DNA of 64,000 bases from a virus. Location of the stretch: positions 1 through 64,000 of IMG/VR virus record IMGVR_UViG_3300027668_000013; one strand, given 5' to 3'. The notes below the pieces were generated by a model, which was given only the letters and a program-made list of their open reading frames with translations, had not been told where the DNA came from and searched no databases. The position numbers were made by a program, and so were the translations under genes. Below are positions 50,865 through 60,598 of the stretch, in pieces. Numbering within the stretch: position 1 is the stretch's first letter; each line of letters starts with the position of its first letter.

Positions 50865-53543
50865 TTATTTTGCATGGTATACACCATCTGCATCTTTAGT
50901 ATAAAGAACTCCACCTATTAAAACATCTTTTCCTTTAGATTGTTTAGTACTTGTTGTTTCATCTGTTGTCCCATCTGATTTATATTTAACACCATCTGGA
51001 GTAACTCCAAATTTATTTGTACCAAGATAAGGAAGTGTTGCTTTATCTCTTAAAAACATTTTACGATCTTTATTCATCATATACTGTTTTTGCTCGTCCA
51101 ATTGTGCAAATTTACTAAAATCTGAGTAAGAAGCATCTTTATATCTTTGTTGAACTCCTCTTTGTTGTCTTTCTATTGCATCATATTGATTAGCAAGAGC
51201 CGTGTTTGCTTGCTTATCTTTATTTGTTAACTCAACATTTGCGTTTGAAATCTCATATCTTTTTTTATTTTCTCTTTGATTTATTCCTTCAGAGTTACCA
51301 TAATACTGAGCATTATTCTGAGCACCATAAGATTGAATTTGTCCTGCTGTAAGACCCTTACCTCTCATAGAAAGGTTTTGATAATTTCTTTGTTCTACGT
51401 TAGTTTGTCTGTCTTTAGCAGACATGTCTTCGTACTTATATTTTTCAGAATTAGAGAATCTTCTTTCTACTCCTTCAATAGGTTTACTACCTTGAATAGA
51501 TTTATTAATCATTGAAGCGTACTTGCCAGGATTATTGTACTTCTCCATCTTGGTAATTTCATCCCAAGTTTTTTGACCATCACTTACTTCTTCTCCCTTT
51601 TCAACTGCTTTTACTCTTTTTTGATATTCTTCGTAATCACCTTCTTCATTTGAAGATTGTTCTACTTTTTGTAAACCTTCCCCACTCTGAGATGAATTAG
51701 GACTGTCTTCAACTGGAGACATTTTTATTTCGTTTCCATTCTCGTCTACTGGAGGACCAAAGTTATAAGTTCCGTCTGGATTTTGATTAGGACCCCCTGT
51801 CACTTCAGCAGTCTGGTTTACCTCTGGTGGAGTATCACTTTGATTAGATACGTTTTGTATCGAAGGAAGTGTTCCTGTCTTATTAAGTTTATATCTCTGC
51901 TTTGCTTCAACCATTGCCTGAATATCCTTAGCGTCTTGTACATTATTTGGATCTAAAAACCCATCTGGTCTAACGCCATTATAAGTATCAGTTACTTTCT
52001 TATAAGTTTCTTGGTTTTGTGTATTACCAATTCTTCCTTTAAAACTTTTTTCATATGTAGGATTTGGATTTTCTAAAGTATATCTTTCATTTGTATTAGG
52101 ATCTACACCATCTGTTTTATAACCGTCGTGTTTAGCAGCTACAATATCATCTAAAGTTATATTTTCAAGGTTTTCAGGAACAGGATTTTTTCCTGCACCA
52201 TTCCATTTATCTAAAGTTATATCTCCTCCTGCGTAGGCTAATACATCGCTTGCAGACCTACCACTATTAAAATTCCAATCTGTTAATTCTTTAAGAATGT
52301 CAGTATCTAATTTATTAAAATTTTCTTCTCCCAAATTCTTTTTCATATCTGGGATATAATGATTTTTTAATAAATTAACTAAATCTTCATGTGTCTTTAC
52401 CTTACCTGGTAAGTATGGATTATTCGCTGTAAACTTTGCTATAGAAAGAGCTTGTCCTTGAAAACCACCTTTTTTTTCTGCATTTTCTATCCCATATGCC
52501 AACTCTTCAATTTGAGCATCTGTCATTCCTTTAGTTTTAGAACCACCAGAAGGAACCTTCGTAGAAGTACGAATATTAGCCATTTCTTCACCCATTTCAT
52601 CACCAAGTTGTTTTTTACTTACGTCATCCATACCTAAAGCTTTTAGATAATCTTGTGATGTAGGTGAATCAACTCTATTTTGCATTTGATCAACAGTTTC
52701 ACCTTGATTACTATTAGATAACATCTCGTCTGCAAATTGCTCAAAATCTTTTCCTGTTTTAGAACTATCAATTATTTTTTTCTCATTGTCTTTCAAGAAC
52801 TCATCGTAATTTATATTAGGAAATTTTTTCTCAAAAGCTTTTCTTTTTGCTTCTAAATTTGTTTTAGTTATATATTCACCATAAGCTTTACCTTTACCTT
52901 CGGGATACTTTTTATCATACCCGTAATCTTCATCGGTAGGTAATCTGTCTCTTGTTCTATCTAATAATTTTTTAGCACGAGGATCTCTTTTTAATTTCCA
53001 TTTATTTATAGCTCCAAGAACTTTATTAAATTCTTCTTCGTTATCTTGAGTTGGAAATATGATGTCTTCTTTTTCAAGGTTTTTTATTTCAAAACCACCA
53101 TCTTCGTGTCTTTCGCTACCTCTTGCAATATTTTTAATGTTATAGTTCTTATCAACATGAATCTCTCCAATACCAGAAGCGCTTCCGGAGCCGTCTCCTT
53201 CTATTTCTGCAGTTTCGTATCTCTTATTAGGATTCATTCCGTATCGTGCCTGTGCGCTTACCATAGTATCTTCTCTTAACGATCTACCTTCTAAGTTATC
53301 TGTAAATTCATTTTTTAATTTAGCGTTACCAAGTGCTTGTTTTTCCAATCTCTGCATTTTCTTTTGCTGAGTTAAAGCATACCCTCCTGCAATAAGTCCT
53401 CCAGCGGCAGCTCCGTAAGGCCCAAAGTTAGCACCTAATTTAGCACCTTGTGCCGCAGCACCTGCTGTTGCGCTTGCTACATCTAAACCATCTCTAACTT
53501 CAGGTTCTTTAACTTTTTGTACTCCGTAAATATTATTTGCCAT
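50865..53543 (-). CDS. Virion cargo protein with glycine-zipper N-terminus and lysozyme-like central domain
   Basis: GAAAQGAKLGANFGPYGAAAGGLIAGG hydrophobic zipper; AEIEG...HEDGG; central E..GG...DWNFNSG...GRI resembling GH108/lysozyme-like folds; Gln/Asn-rich helical C-terminus. Confidence 0.68.
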   Translation of the reverse strand: MANNIYGVQKVKEPEVRDGLDVASATAGAAAQGAKLGANFGPYGAAAGGLIAGGYALTQQKKMQRLEKQALGNAKLKNEFTDNLEGRSLREDTMVSAQARYGMNPNKRYETAEIEGDGSGSASGIGEIHVDKNYNIKNIARGSERHEDGGFEIKNLEKEDIIFPTQDNEEEFNKVLGAINKWKLKRDPRAKKLLDRTRDRLPTDEDYGYDKKYPEGKGKAYGEYITKTNLEAKRKAFEKKFPNINYDEFLKDNEKKIIDSSKTGKDFEQFADEMLSNSNQGETVDQMQNRVDSPTSQDYLKALGMDDVSKKQLGDEMGEEMANIRTSTKVPSGGSKTKGMTDAQIEELAYGIENAEKKGGFQGQALSIAKFTANNPYLPGKVKTHEDLVNLLKNHYIPDMKKNLGEENFNKLDTDILKELTDWNFNSGRSASDVLAYAGGDITLDKWNGAGKNPVPENLENITLDDIVAAKHDGYKTDGVDPNTNERYTLENPNPTYEKSFKGRIGNTQNQETYKKVTDTYNGVRPDGFLDPNNVQDAKDIQAMVEAKQRYKLNKTGTLPSIQNVSNQSDTPPEVNQTAEVTGGPNQNPDGTYNFGPPVDENGNEIKMSPVEDSPNSSQSGEGLQKVEQSSNEEGDYEEYQKRVKAVEKGEEVSDGQKTWDEITKMEKYNNPGKYASMINKSIQGSKPIEGVERRFSNSEKYKYEDMSAKDRQTNVEQRNYQNLSMRGKGLTAGQIQSYGAQNNAQYYGNSEGINQRENKKRYEISNANVELTNKDKQANTALANQYDAIERQQRGVQQRYKDASYSDFSKFAQLDEQKQYMMNKDRKMFLRDKATLPYLGTNKFGVTPDGVKYKSDGTTDETTSTKQSKGKDVLIGGVLYTKDADGVYHAK

Positions 53544-53544
53544 C

Positions 53545-56500
53545 TTATCTAAAGTTATTAGTAAATATAGTTTTTAAGAAATTTAAAACAAATTCTAAAT
53601 TTAAAGTATTATCGTATTTTAAATTTACTACTATATGATCTCCTTTTATTCTTTCTCTAAACTTTTTTGTATTATCTAAATTCGTTGTAGCAAAAAGATC
53701 AATTGAATTATCTACAACTGAATCTCTTGGTATTGTAATTCTATATTCGTTATTTCTATATTTAACAGAAACTTCTCCATTTGCTACTGCAACATTAAAT
53801 GTATTACCTGGAATCATGGTATATGGCCCGGTATTACTTATTTGATTATGAGCAGACATTTTATAGAAATTATCATCTCTTTGTTTAATGTTTGTAGTTC
53901 TATCTTTTGAAACAGAATTTATAACAATATTATTAAACGTGCAAGTTTGCCCTTTTGTAGTAACAACAAAAGTTAATTCTGAATCATACACTGTTCCGAA
54001 ATAAGAACCTTTAGGCCCTATATTCATCTCATGAAATTGAGAAGTTGTTGTTTTATTATCTACAAATAAGAATCTATTGTTATAAGATATATAAATATTA
54101 GGCATGTAAGAATGATAATTAAACCATTTGCCTATATCTTTTGCATAAGATAAAGTAAATCCATTTGTTTGTCCATCAACTGGGAACTTAGTAATAAGAT
54201 ATCTATTTAGTTTATAATCATACCCAGAAACAATTCCAATTCCTAAATATGGATTATCAATTAAATGTGCCTTTTTTGTACTAACATTTGTTAAATCTGT
54301 TTGTCCACTAATTTTAGTTATACCTAAAGAAAGAGTTTTATGCATTTCTGTAGATATACCTTCTTTACTTATTTCTTTAAGTATAGTTCCTCCTGTTTTA
54401 GTAGCACCTACAAGAAATATTTTACCTTGTAGTATATCAGCAAAAATATAACCAAGCTGCGTATGAGCTCCACCATACTGTGAAATACTACCACCATAAC
54501 CTCCATCTGTCTCAAGTACTTCTTGAGCAGGTCTTGCAAACAACCTACTTGTTCCAAGAATTGCATCTGCTATATTACCACCTTTAATTGTAGCTTGTCC
54601 TTCTGCAAATGTTTGCCATAATGCTTTTGGAGTATGCATAAATAAAGTATTAAACTCTATAAACGTATCCCAAATAGGTCCTTTTTCAGAAGGTAAATCA
54701 TAATAATCATTTTGTAAAAAAGATCTATACGAATCTAATGTATCTTCTTCTGCAGCTTTTTCTGAATATATAGTTCTGTTTTCAAAATCAGATATTGTTT
54801 GTTGTGTAGAACCCCCTAAGAAAGATTCTATTACATTATTTTCATATGAGTATTGTGTATTGTATGCTTGAATGTTTTTTAAATATGGATACCAATTATG
54901 AAGCATCTTACTCATATCTATTTCATTTGGAAAATAATCTTGCAATGGCTCATCTGCAGGACGATGTCTGTAATTAGTATTTATATTAGATTCTACAAAA
55001 TAATAAGTACAAGTTCTAAAGTCCCAACCGTTAACCGTACCTGTACCAACTACATTACCATAACTTCCTGGTCTTTGAGTATTACCTCCTTTAGCACTAT
55101 TTATTGGATAAGTTCCCCCATCATAAAAAGGATCATAACGAACAAGTATTCCAGCATTAAAAGAATATTTACTAATAAATGTATCTCCTCCAAAAACACT
55201 ATTAAATACAAGAATACCAACCCCATTTACTGGATTTTTTATAGGAGTTCTTTTTATTGGAATATAAGCAGCGTTATTAATTTGCCCATATTGTTTAAGA
55301 TTGTCAATACTTATATTATATAAAGATCTTAAATTCTCTGCGGTACTACTACCAGTATGAGATGTAAAATTATTATTAACATCTTTACTACCAATTGAAG
55401 TTACAGTACCAGTAAAATCATTAGAATCTTTATACATGTAAGTATTATTACATCTCATTGATGCTACATCAGATCCTGCTGCCCCACCATTAGTAGTAAA
55501 AGAATCAGCATTTAAAAGTAATTGCAATCCTCCTTGATTCCACCTTGTATTTGTTTTAAGAGCAGGGTGATCTGGATCTAAAGAAGCATGTCTTTCTATA
55601 TTTGGTTCAAGATAACGAGCGTCTTCAATTTCTCTGTTTTTTGCAGAATCAATCGGAACAGTATCTATTTCTGAATAATTACAATATGAATCAAAATACA
55701 TAAATTTATCTATCCTATATTCATTATTAATCAGACCACCAGTTCTTGAATTTTGTCTATCTCCTTTAAAATTAACGCCAATAATTTTACCTTTTATTCT
55801 TAATTCTTCAACTAAATTTTGACCTACTAATTGAGCTTCTTTTAATTTAAAACCAGTTTCTAAATTACTTTCTGGACTGTGAAACATTACTTGATTTTTT
55901 ATAACTTCACTTATCATTCTTTTACCATTCTGGTAGGTGGCATTACTTGGTTGAACATTTCTTATTGGATTTACCATACCAGTACGAACTTCTGCTCCGT
56001 TATCTTCAAAATTACTTAAACCAGTAACTTCAAAATTTAAATTAAAAAAAGGAATTTCTTGTAAATGATAGTTACTTTTCATGTTGTCATAGGCACTACC
56101 ACTAACATCTTGTAATGCAGTTCCCAGTACCTGACCATCATTATTAAAACCATCAGCTGTAATCATATGTTTATGAATAAGTCCTTGAGAATATATAGAT
56201 TTGTTATTATCTGTATTTCTACGTTCTCTTAAAAATATAATATCATCTGCTTCTTCAAGTATACTTTGTGGGATAGCTTGTGTAAATTCAAAATCTAATC
56301 CTAAAACTCTTATAAATTCTACACCACCATCGTTTTTATAATGAGGTTCGTTTTCTAATCTTGGTATGTAATGATGTCTAATATTACGTTCTATTCCTGC
56401 AGGACCTTGTTCAGTAGTATCATCTCCGGTATCATTTCCAGGATATTTTTGATCAAGTGAATAAAGATCTTCTGAAACATAAGTTCCAAGATATCCTTGT

Positions 56501-58569
56501 CCAGTACCTGTCCCTACGTTTGTAGTAGGCCATAAGTCAGCTCCCGTAGGTGCTATTTTACCTTTGGTATTTGCTGTAGTATATCCAGCATAACCAGGTA
56601 TGTGAAAAGCAGTAGACATTGATCCATCTTTCCAAAGTACTTTAAAACCAAGAGAATATACTTCTCCTCTTCTATATCCTTTTTTAGTAGCTGTTAAAAA
56701 TTCATTTGTATAATCTGTAAATCCAGGAACTACATTTAAACCTGCACTACCTACAGGCTGTACTGCTAATACAGGTAATCCTGATGTTCCTGTCTCGAAA
56801 TCATCTGTAAGAGTTGCATTTTTAAAACCTGGAGAAAGTACAATTAATTCATCTGCAACATTTACTGTTTGAGGAAATGTTATATCTATTTCATTTGTTA
56901 CAGAAACAACTGCTGTAGTAGCATTAATTGTTACAACTGTTGTATTTGCACCAGCAAACGAAGTTGCTGTAATAGCTGCAGTATTGTTAGATGTAACTGT
57001 ACTATTTGCAGCTATATCTACTGTAGACCATGATAAACTAACAACATTTGCTGTAGGAGCAATGGCAAAATATTCTGTTATAAGAAGAGAATTATTAATT
57101 GCAGTAAACAAATTTATAGCAGTATTATTATTGTCAGTTCCAATTGCGAATTGTTCAGCTGTAGGTGATGCCCCAGCTGCAATTGCAGTAAAAGTTACAG
57201 CCACTTGAGATCCTGTATACCCAGCACCTGTAGGTGCAGATATAATAATTGTATTTCCTACTACAATTTGAGTATAATCTACTATTGTTATTGCTGCTGC
57301 TGCAGGAGTACCATTTTTTATTAATTGATATGTTGCAGGAACGATAGCCGTAATAGAATCAACATCTTCATTCATTGGTAAAGTACATGTAAAATTACCT
57401 TGAAGAAAAGGATTTGAAGTATTAGTAAAAACTAAACTTGGTGTTGTACTTACATCGTCTCCTCTTCCTGAAAACTGAACGTTTTCTATTCTATACTTTA
57501 CTCTTATTTTATTTGCAACATCTTGAAGATCTCCAGAAAGTTTACTTCTATCATCTCTAAGATTTGATAAAAATAAAGAATTGTCTTTTTGCTCAATACA
57601 CTTAGCATGTGTATAAGAAACACCAACTTGTTGTAATTCGGCTCTTGTTAAATTAATTAAATTTTCTGTATTTGGACCAGTATATGTAAACTCAACTGTA
57701 TCACCTGATATTGGAACTTGTCCAACAACACATGCTCTAAATACAGAAGAAGAACTTTCATAAAATAAAGCTACAACTTCCAACTCTTGATATTTAGTAT
57801 CTACATTTTCAAATTTAACTACTAAGTTTTTATTTACTATACCAAATTCATAAAACTCACCAGAATATGCACTTACCCCATCTTTTTTTTCAGAAGTTAC
57901 AATTGGAAAAACTTCAGAAGGCAATCCAAATATTGTTGTACCTCCGTTTGCAGTAACATATCTTGTTATAAATTGAACAACTCCAGGTTGTATAGAGGAT
58001 TGTACTCCTTCTATAATTTCTGTTACAGTAATTTTTGGTACAGATTGATCAAAAATAAGCTTAACAGATTCAGCAACTTTTCCTACAACAGGAGGTTCAT
58101 CTAAATCAAAAAATCCATAAGGAACATTGTTGTCTGTAAAATATAATAATCTGTGACCATTAATAAGTTTTCTACTTACACAATCAACAGGTCTGTTCTT
58201 TTGAAAACCCAATTCGCTATTATTTGAAACAGGAAGACCTGATGAGTCAACAGGCCCTGAAGCATGGTAAAAGCCTGTAGTAGCATCTGGACTATCATCT
58301 TCTACAATGTATCCAATTTGACTATTGTTTGTAGCATCACAAAGTATTACTATAATATCATTATTTAAAATAGTATGACCAATAGGTTTAAATCCAGTCG
58401 GGAATTTAATGTTAGACATTAATTTAGTACCACTTTCATTAGTAATACTATATAAGTTTCCCTCTTCCGTCATGGGAATAAAATTCAAACCATACCGAAT
58501 AGTATGTTCTTTTTGTTGACTTGGATGCGAATCCGTATCAAGACCTCCTAAAAACTTATTAATATCCAT
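53545..58569 (-). CDS. Tail stabilisation / muzzle protein (P22 gp10-like)
   Basis: N-terminal FLGGLDTD...NESG, YFTDN, GYRRGEVYSLG, FGGDTFI and W..YHSY.P motifs; typical position before the cargo genes. Confidence 0.82.
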   Translation of the reverse strand: MDINKFLGGLDTDSHPSQQKEHTIRYGLNFIPMTEEGNLYSITNESGTKLMSNIKFPTGFKPIGHTILNNDIIVILCDATNNSQIGYIVEDDSPDATTGFYHASGPVDSSGLPVSNNSELGFQKNRPVDCVSRKLINGHRLLYFTDNNVPYGFFDLDEPPVVGKVAESVKLIFDQSVPKITVTEIIEGVQSSIQPGVVQFITRYVTANGGTTIFGLPSEVFPIVTSEKKDGVSAYSGEFYEFGIVNKNLVVKFENVDTKYQELEVVALFYESSSSVFRACVVGQVPISGDTVEFTYTGPNTENLINLTRAELQQVGVSYTHAKCIEQKDNSLFLSNLRDDRSKLSGDLQDVANKIRVKYRIENVQFSGRGDDVSTTPSLVFTNTSNPFLQGNFTCTLPMNEDVDSITAIVPATYQLIKNGTPAAAAITIVDYTQIVVGNTIIISAPTGAGYTGSQVAVTFTAIAAGASPTAEQFAIGTDNNNTAINLFTAINNSLLITEYFAIAPTANVVSLSWSTVDIAANSTVTSNNTAAITATSFAGANTTVVTINATTAVVSVTNEIDITFPQTVNVADELIVLSPGFKNATLTDDFETGTSGLPVLAVQPVGSAGLNVVPGFTDYTNEFLTATKKGYRRGEVYSLGFKVLWKDGSMSTAFHIPGYAGYTTANTKGKIAPTGADLWPTTNVGTGTGQGYLGTYVSEDLYSLDQKYPGNDTGDDTTEQGPAGIERNIRHHYIPRLENEPHYKNDGGVEFIRVLGLDFEFTQAIPQSILEEADDIIFLRERRNTDNNKSIYSQGLIHKHMITADGFNNDGQVLGTALQDVSGSAYDNMKSNYHLQEIPFFNLNFEVTGLSNFEDNGAEVRTGMVNPIRNVQPSNATYQNGKRMISEVIKNQVMFHSPESNLETGFKLKEAQLVGQNLVEELRIKGKIIGVNFKGDRQNSRTGGLINNEYRIDKFMYFDSYCNYSEIDTVPIDSAKNREIEDARYLEPNIERHASLDPDHPALKTNTRWNQGGLQLLLNADSFTTNGGAAGSDVASMRCNNTYMYKDSNDFTGTVTSIGSKDVNNNFTSHTGSSTAENLRSLYNISIDNLKQYGQINNAAYIPIKRTPIKNPVNGVGILVFNSVFGGDTFISKYSFNAGILVRYDPFYDGGTYPINSAKGGNTQRPGSYGNVVGTGTVNGWDFRTCTYYFVESNINTNYRHRPADEPLQDYFPNEIDMSKMLHNWYPYLKNIQAYNTQYSYENNVIESFLGGSTQQTISDFENRTIYSEKAAEEDTLDSYRSFLQNDYYDLPSEKGPIWDTFIEFNTLFMHTPKALWQTFAEGQATIKGGNIADAILGTSRLFARPAQEVLETDGGYGGSISQYGGAHTQLGYIFADILQGKIFLVGATKTGGTILKEISKEGISTEMHKTLSLGITKISGQTDLTNVSTKKAHLIDNPYLGIGIVSGYDYKLNRYLITKFPVDGQTNGFTLSYAKDIGKWFNYHSYMPNIYISYNNRFLFVDNKTTTSQFHEMNIGPKGSYFGTVYDSELTFVVTTKGQTCTFNNIVINSVSKDRTTNIKQRDDNFYKMSAHNQISNTGPYTMIPGNTFNVAVANGEVSVKYRNNEYRITIPRDSVVDNSIDLFATTNLDNTKKFRERIKGDHIVVNLKYDNTLNLEFVLNFLKTIFTNNFR

Positions 58570-59375
58570 TATCTTCTACCGTCTAAATCGTTATAATCAA
58601 ATACCCTTAACCAATTATTTTTTAGTCTTTCTATAGTCTCTAAGTCTGGCATATTAGCACTTGCTCTTGCTTGACCACAATATTTTAACCATCTCATTTC
58701 ACAAACTTCATAATTACGAAGTTGTGGATTTTTTAATAACAAAGGATTTAACATAGCTATATGCATTGCACATTTCCAAAATAAAGCATCTCTAAAAGAT
58801 ACATCATCTGGAACTAAAGGAAAACCTTTGTCATCAACAGGCATTGCTAAATACTGAAGTTGTATTACACCAGTTTTAAAAGCGGCTGTGATTTTGTTAA
58901 AATTTATATTGTAATCCATATCGGTATGCTTGTTTGCTTTAACATTACCAATGAGATTATTATTTCTTTCTAAAGCATTTGCTATTTGATGAGGTATTGG
59001 AAGATCCGATCTCTGTAGTCCTTGAACCGGGAGAATATTGAATCTTTCATACGCGGGTAAGTTTTTCCATTCTACTCCACATTCAGATAACATTGATTGA
59101 ATTGACCCACCATAAAAACCACTACTTGTAGGTTCTATTGAACAACCTGCTTTAAATCTAATAGGTTTGTGAAAGTCACAAGGTAACATACCTGTATATT
59201 CTTCTATTAGTATGTTACATTCTTTTTCTTCAAATTGATAATATGATCCTATATGCTCAAGTGCATCTGCAATCCATTCAATAAAAGATTGATATGGGAT
59301 TTCACCTTGACCAAGTCCTAAGTCAGTTATTACTTTATTGATTACTCTATCTATGGAATTTAAATTATGAATCAT
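58569..59375 (-). CDS. Tail ring / tubular protein
   Basis: EWIADALEHIG, LPCDF, LQYLAMPVDDKGFPLVPD; lies between the IHF-like and muzzle genes as in crAss-like phages. Confidence 0.78.
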   Translation of the reverse strand: MIHNLNSIDRVINKVITDLGLGQGEIPYQSFIEWIADALEHIGSYYQFEEKECNILIEEYTGMLPCDFHKPIRFKAGCSIEPTSSGFYGGSIQSMLSECGVEWKNLPAYERFNILPVQGLQRSDLPIPHQIANALERNNNLIGNVKANKHTDMDYNINFNKITAAFKTGVIQLQYLAMPVDDKGFPLVPDDVSFRDALFWKCAMHIAMLNPLLLKNPQLRNYEVCEMRWLKYCGQARASANMPDLETIERLKNNWLRVFDYNDLDGRR

Positions 59376-59815
59376 GTCAAAAATCTTTTATGTATGTCTT
59401 TTTGTTTTATAAACTTCCTCAACCTTCTTGCATTAGACCACGTTGGTTTAAATGTATAGTAAACAACATGATGAGAAACAGATCTTAATCTATTCCAAGC
59501 CCACTTTGCTAAATATCCATCTTCTGGTAACTCTAACAAATAATGAGTTATCCCAGTCTCCTTAGTTTTTCTAATATCAATTTTGAGTTTGCTATAAACA
59601 ATCTCATACTTTTTAATTCTAATTCTACCCATTTTAAAAGGTAGTTTAACAATCTTCCCTTCAAATGCATCCTCAACTAACATCTTGTTAAAATCACAAC
59701 ACATGTCTCTGTACGCGCGTTTACTAATTTTATAATTCTCTCCTTTTGGAAAGTGCTTATCTTTGTAAAATTTATAAGCATGAGATATACTATATCCCTT
59801 ACTTACCTCCGGCAC
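59372..59815 (-). CDS. IHF/HU-like basic protein of the crAss structural module
   Basis: Highly basic; EGKIVKLPFKMGRIRIK resembles the HU/IHF G..V.L..FG.F motif. Confidence 0.72.
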   Translation of the reverse strand: MPEVSKGYSISHAYKFYKDKHFPKGENYKISKRAYRDMCCDFNKMLVEDAFEGKIVKLPFKMGRIRIKKYEIVYSKLKIDIRKTKETGITHYLLELPEDGYLAKWAWNRLRSVSHHVVYYTFKPTWSNARRLRKFIKQKDIHKRFLT

Positions 59816-60512
59816 CTAACAATTCTGTTAATTGATCTAAACTATTATTTGAATTATCTACAGGTATTGCAGATAGTACTGACAATTCTGTTTGAGCGAT
59901 TAACTTAACTATTGTGTCTACGTGATGTAACGGTAAAGGATATTCAAAATCAAATCCTTTTGAACAAGGATCATCATTTCCAGGACAATCACAAGTTTTA
60001 AATTCTTCTGCTTTTTGAGGACTTTCAAATATTCCTTGAACATTCATATCAGAAAACATTTTTGTAGGAGGGTCTACTAAATAAACATATCCCCCTTGAA
60101 AATACCAAGCTGGTTCCTTGCCTGTCCATTTTGCAGCACCTTTCCAATACATTGCATTGTGAGATTTATGCTGAAAAGGTTTTCCATTAGAATTACCAAC
60201 AAAAGTTATATTTATACCTGTGTGTGACTCTAAAGGCTTTGGAAGTTTTAATGATGTTCTTAAAATACAATCGTCTGGTTCATCAGTATCGCATTTTTCG
60301 TTTTTATCTTTTTGACTAACCTCAACACATCCTAAGTTTTGAACATACAAAGATTGCATGAATCTACCCTTTTCTTGATCTTGTTTTAGTAGCCTTGCTC
60401 TGTAGTAATCAATTATAAACATTAACTGTTTGTTGGAAATGTTTTCATCATCTGATTGAACTCCTCCAGCAATAAGGTTTTTAATATTGTATATAATTTC
60501 TGAAGCTAACAT
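59799..60512 (-). CDS. Tail ring / head-tail connector protein
   Basis: EIIYNI...SDD..IS.....F.I..YRA.L, QNLGC and GIFESP...YPLP motifs; structural block context. Confidence 0.72.
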   Translation of the reverse strand: MLASEIIYNIKNLIAGGVQSDDENISNKQLMFIIDYYRARLLKQDQEKGRFMQSLYVQNLGCVEVSQKDKNEKCDTDEPDDCILRTSLKLPKPLESHTGINITFVGNSNGKPFQHKSHNAMYWKGAAKWTGKEPAWYFQGGYVYLVDPPTKMFSDMNVQGIFESPQKAEEFKTCDCPGNDDPCSKGFDFEYPLPLHHVDTIVKLIAQTELSVLSAIPVDNSNNSLDQLTELLGAGGK

Positions 60513-60542
60513 ATATTGTAAATATAATTAATCTTATGGTAT

Positions 60543-60570
60543 AAAAAAAGGGAGTATAAAAACTCCCTCC
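60543..60570 (-). terminator. Rho-independent terminator
   Basis: Minus strand GGGAGT-loop-ACTCCC followed by T7, downstream of the 429-aa gene. Confidence 0.8.
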
Positions 60571-60598
60571 TTTTAAAAATTTATAAACAACCTTTCTA

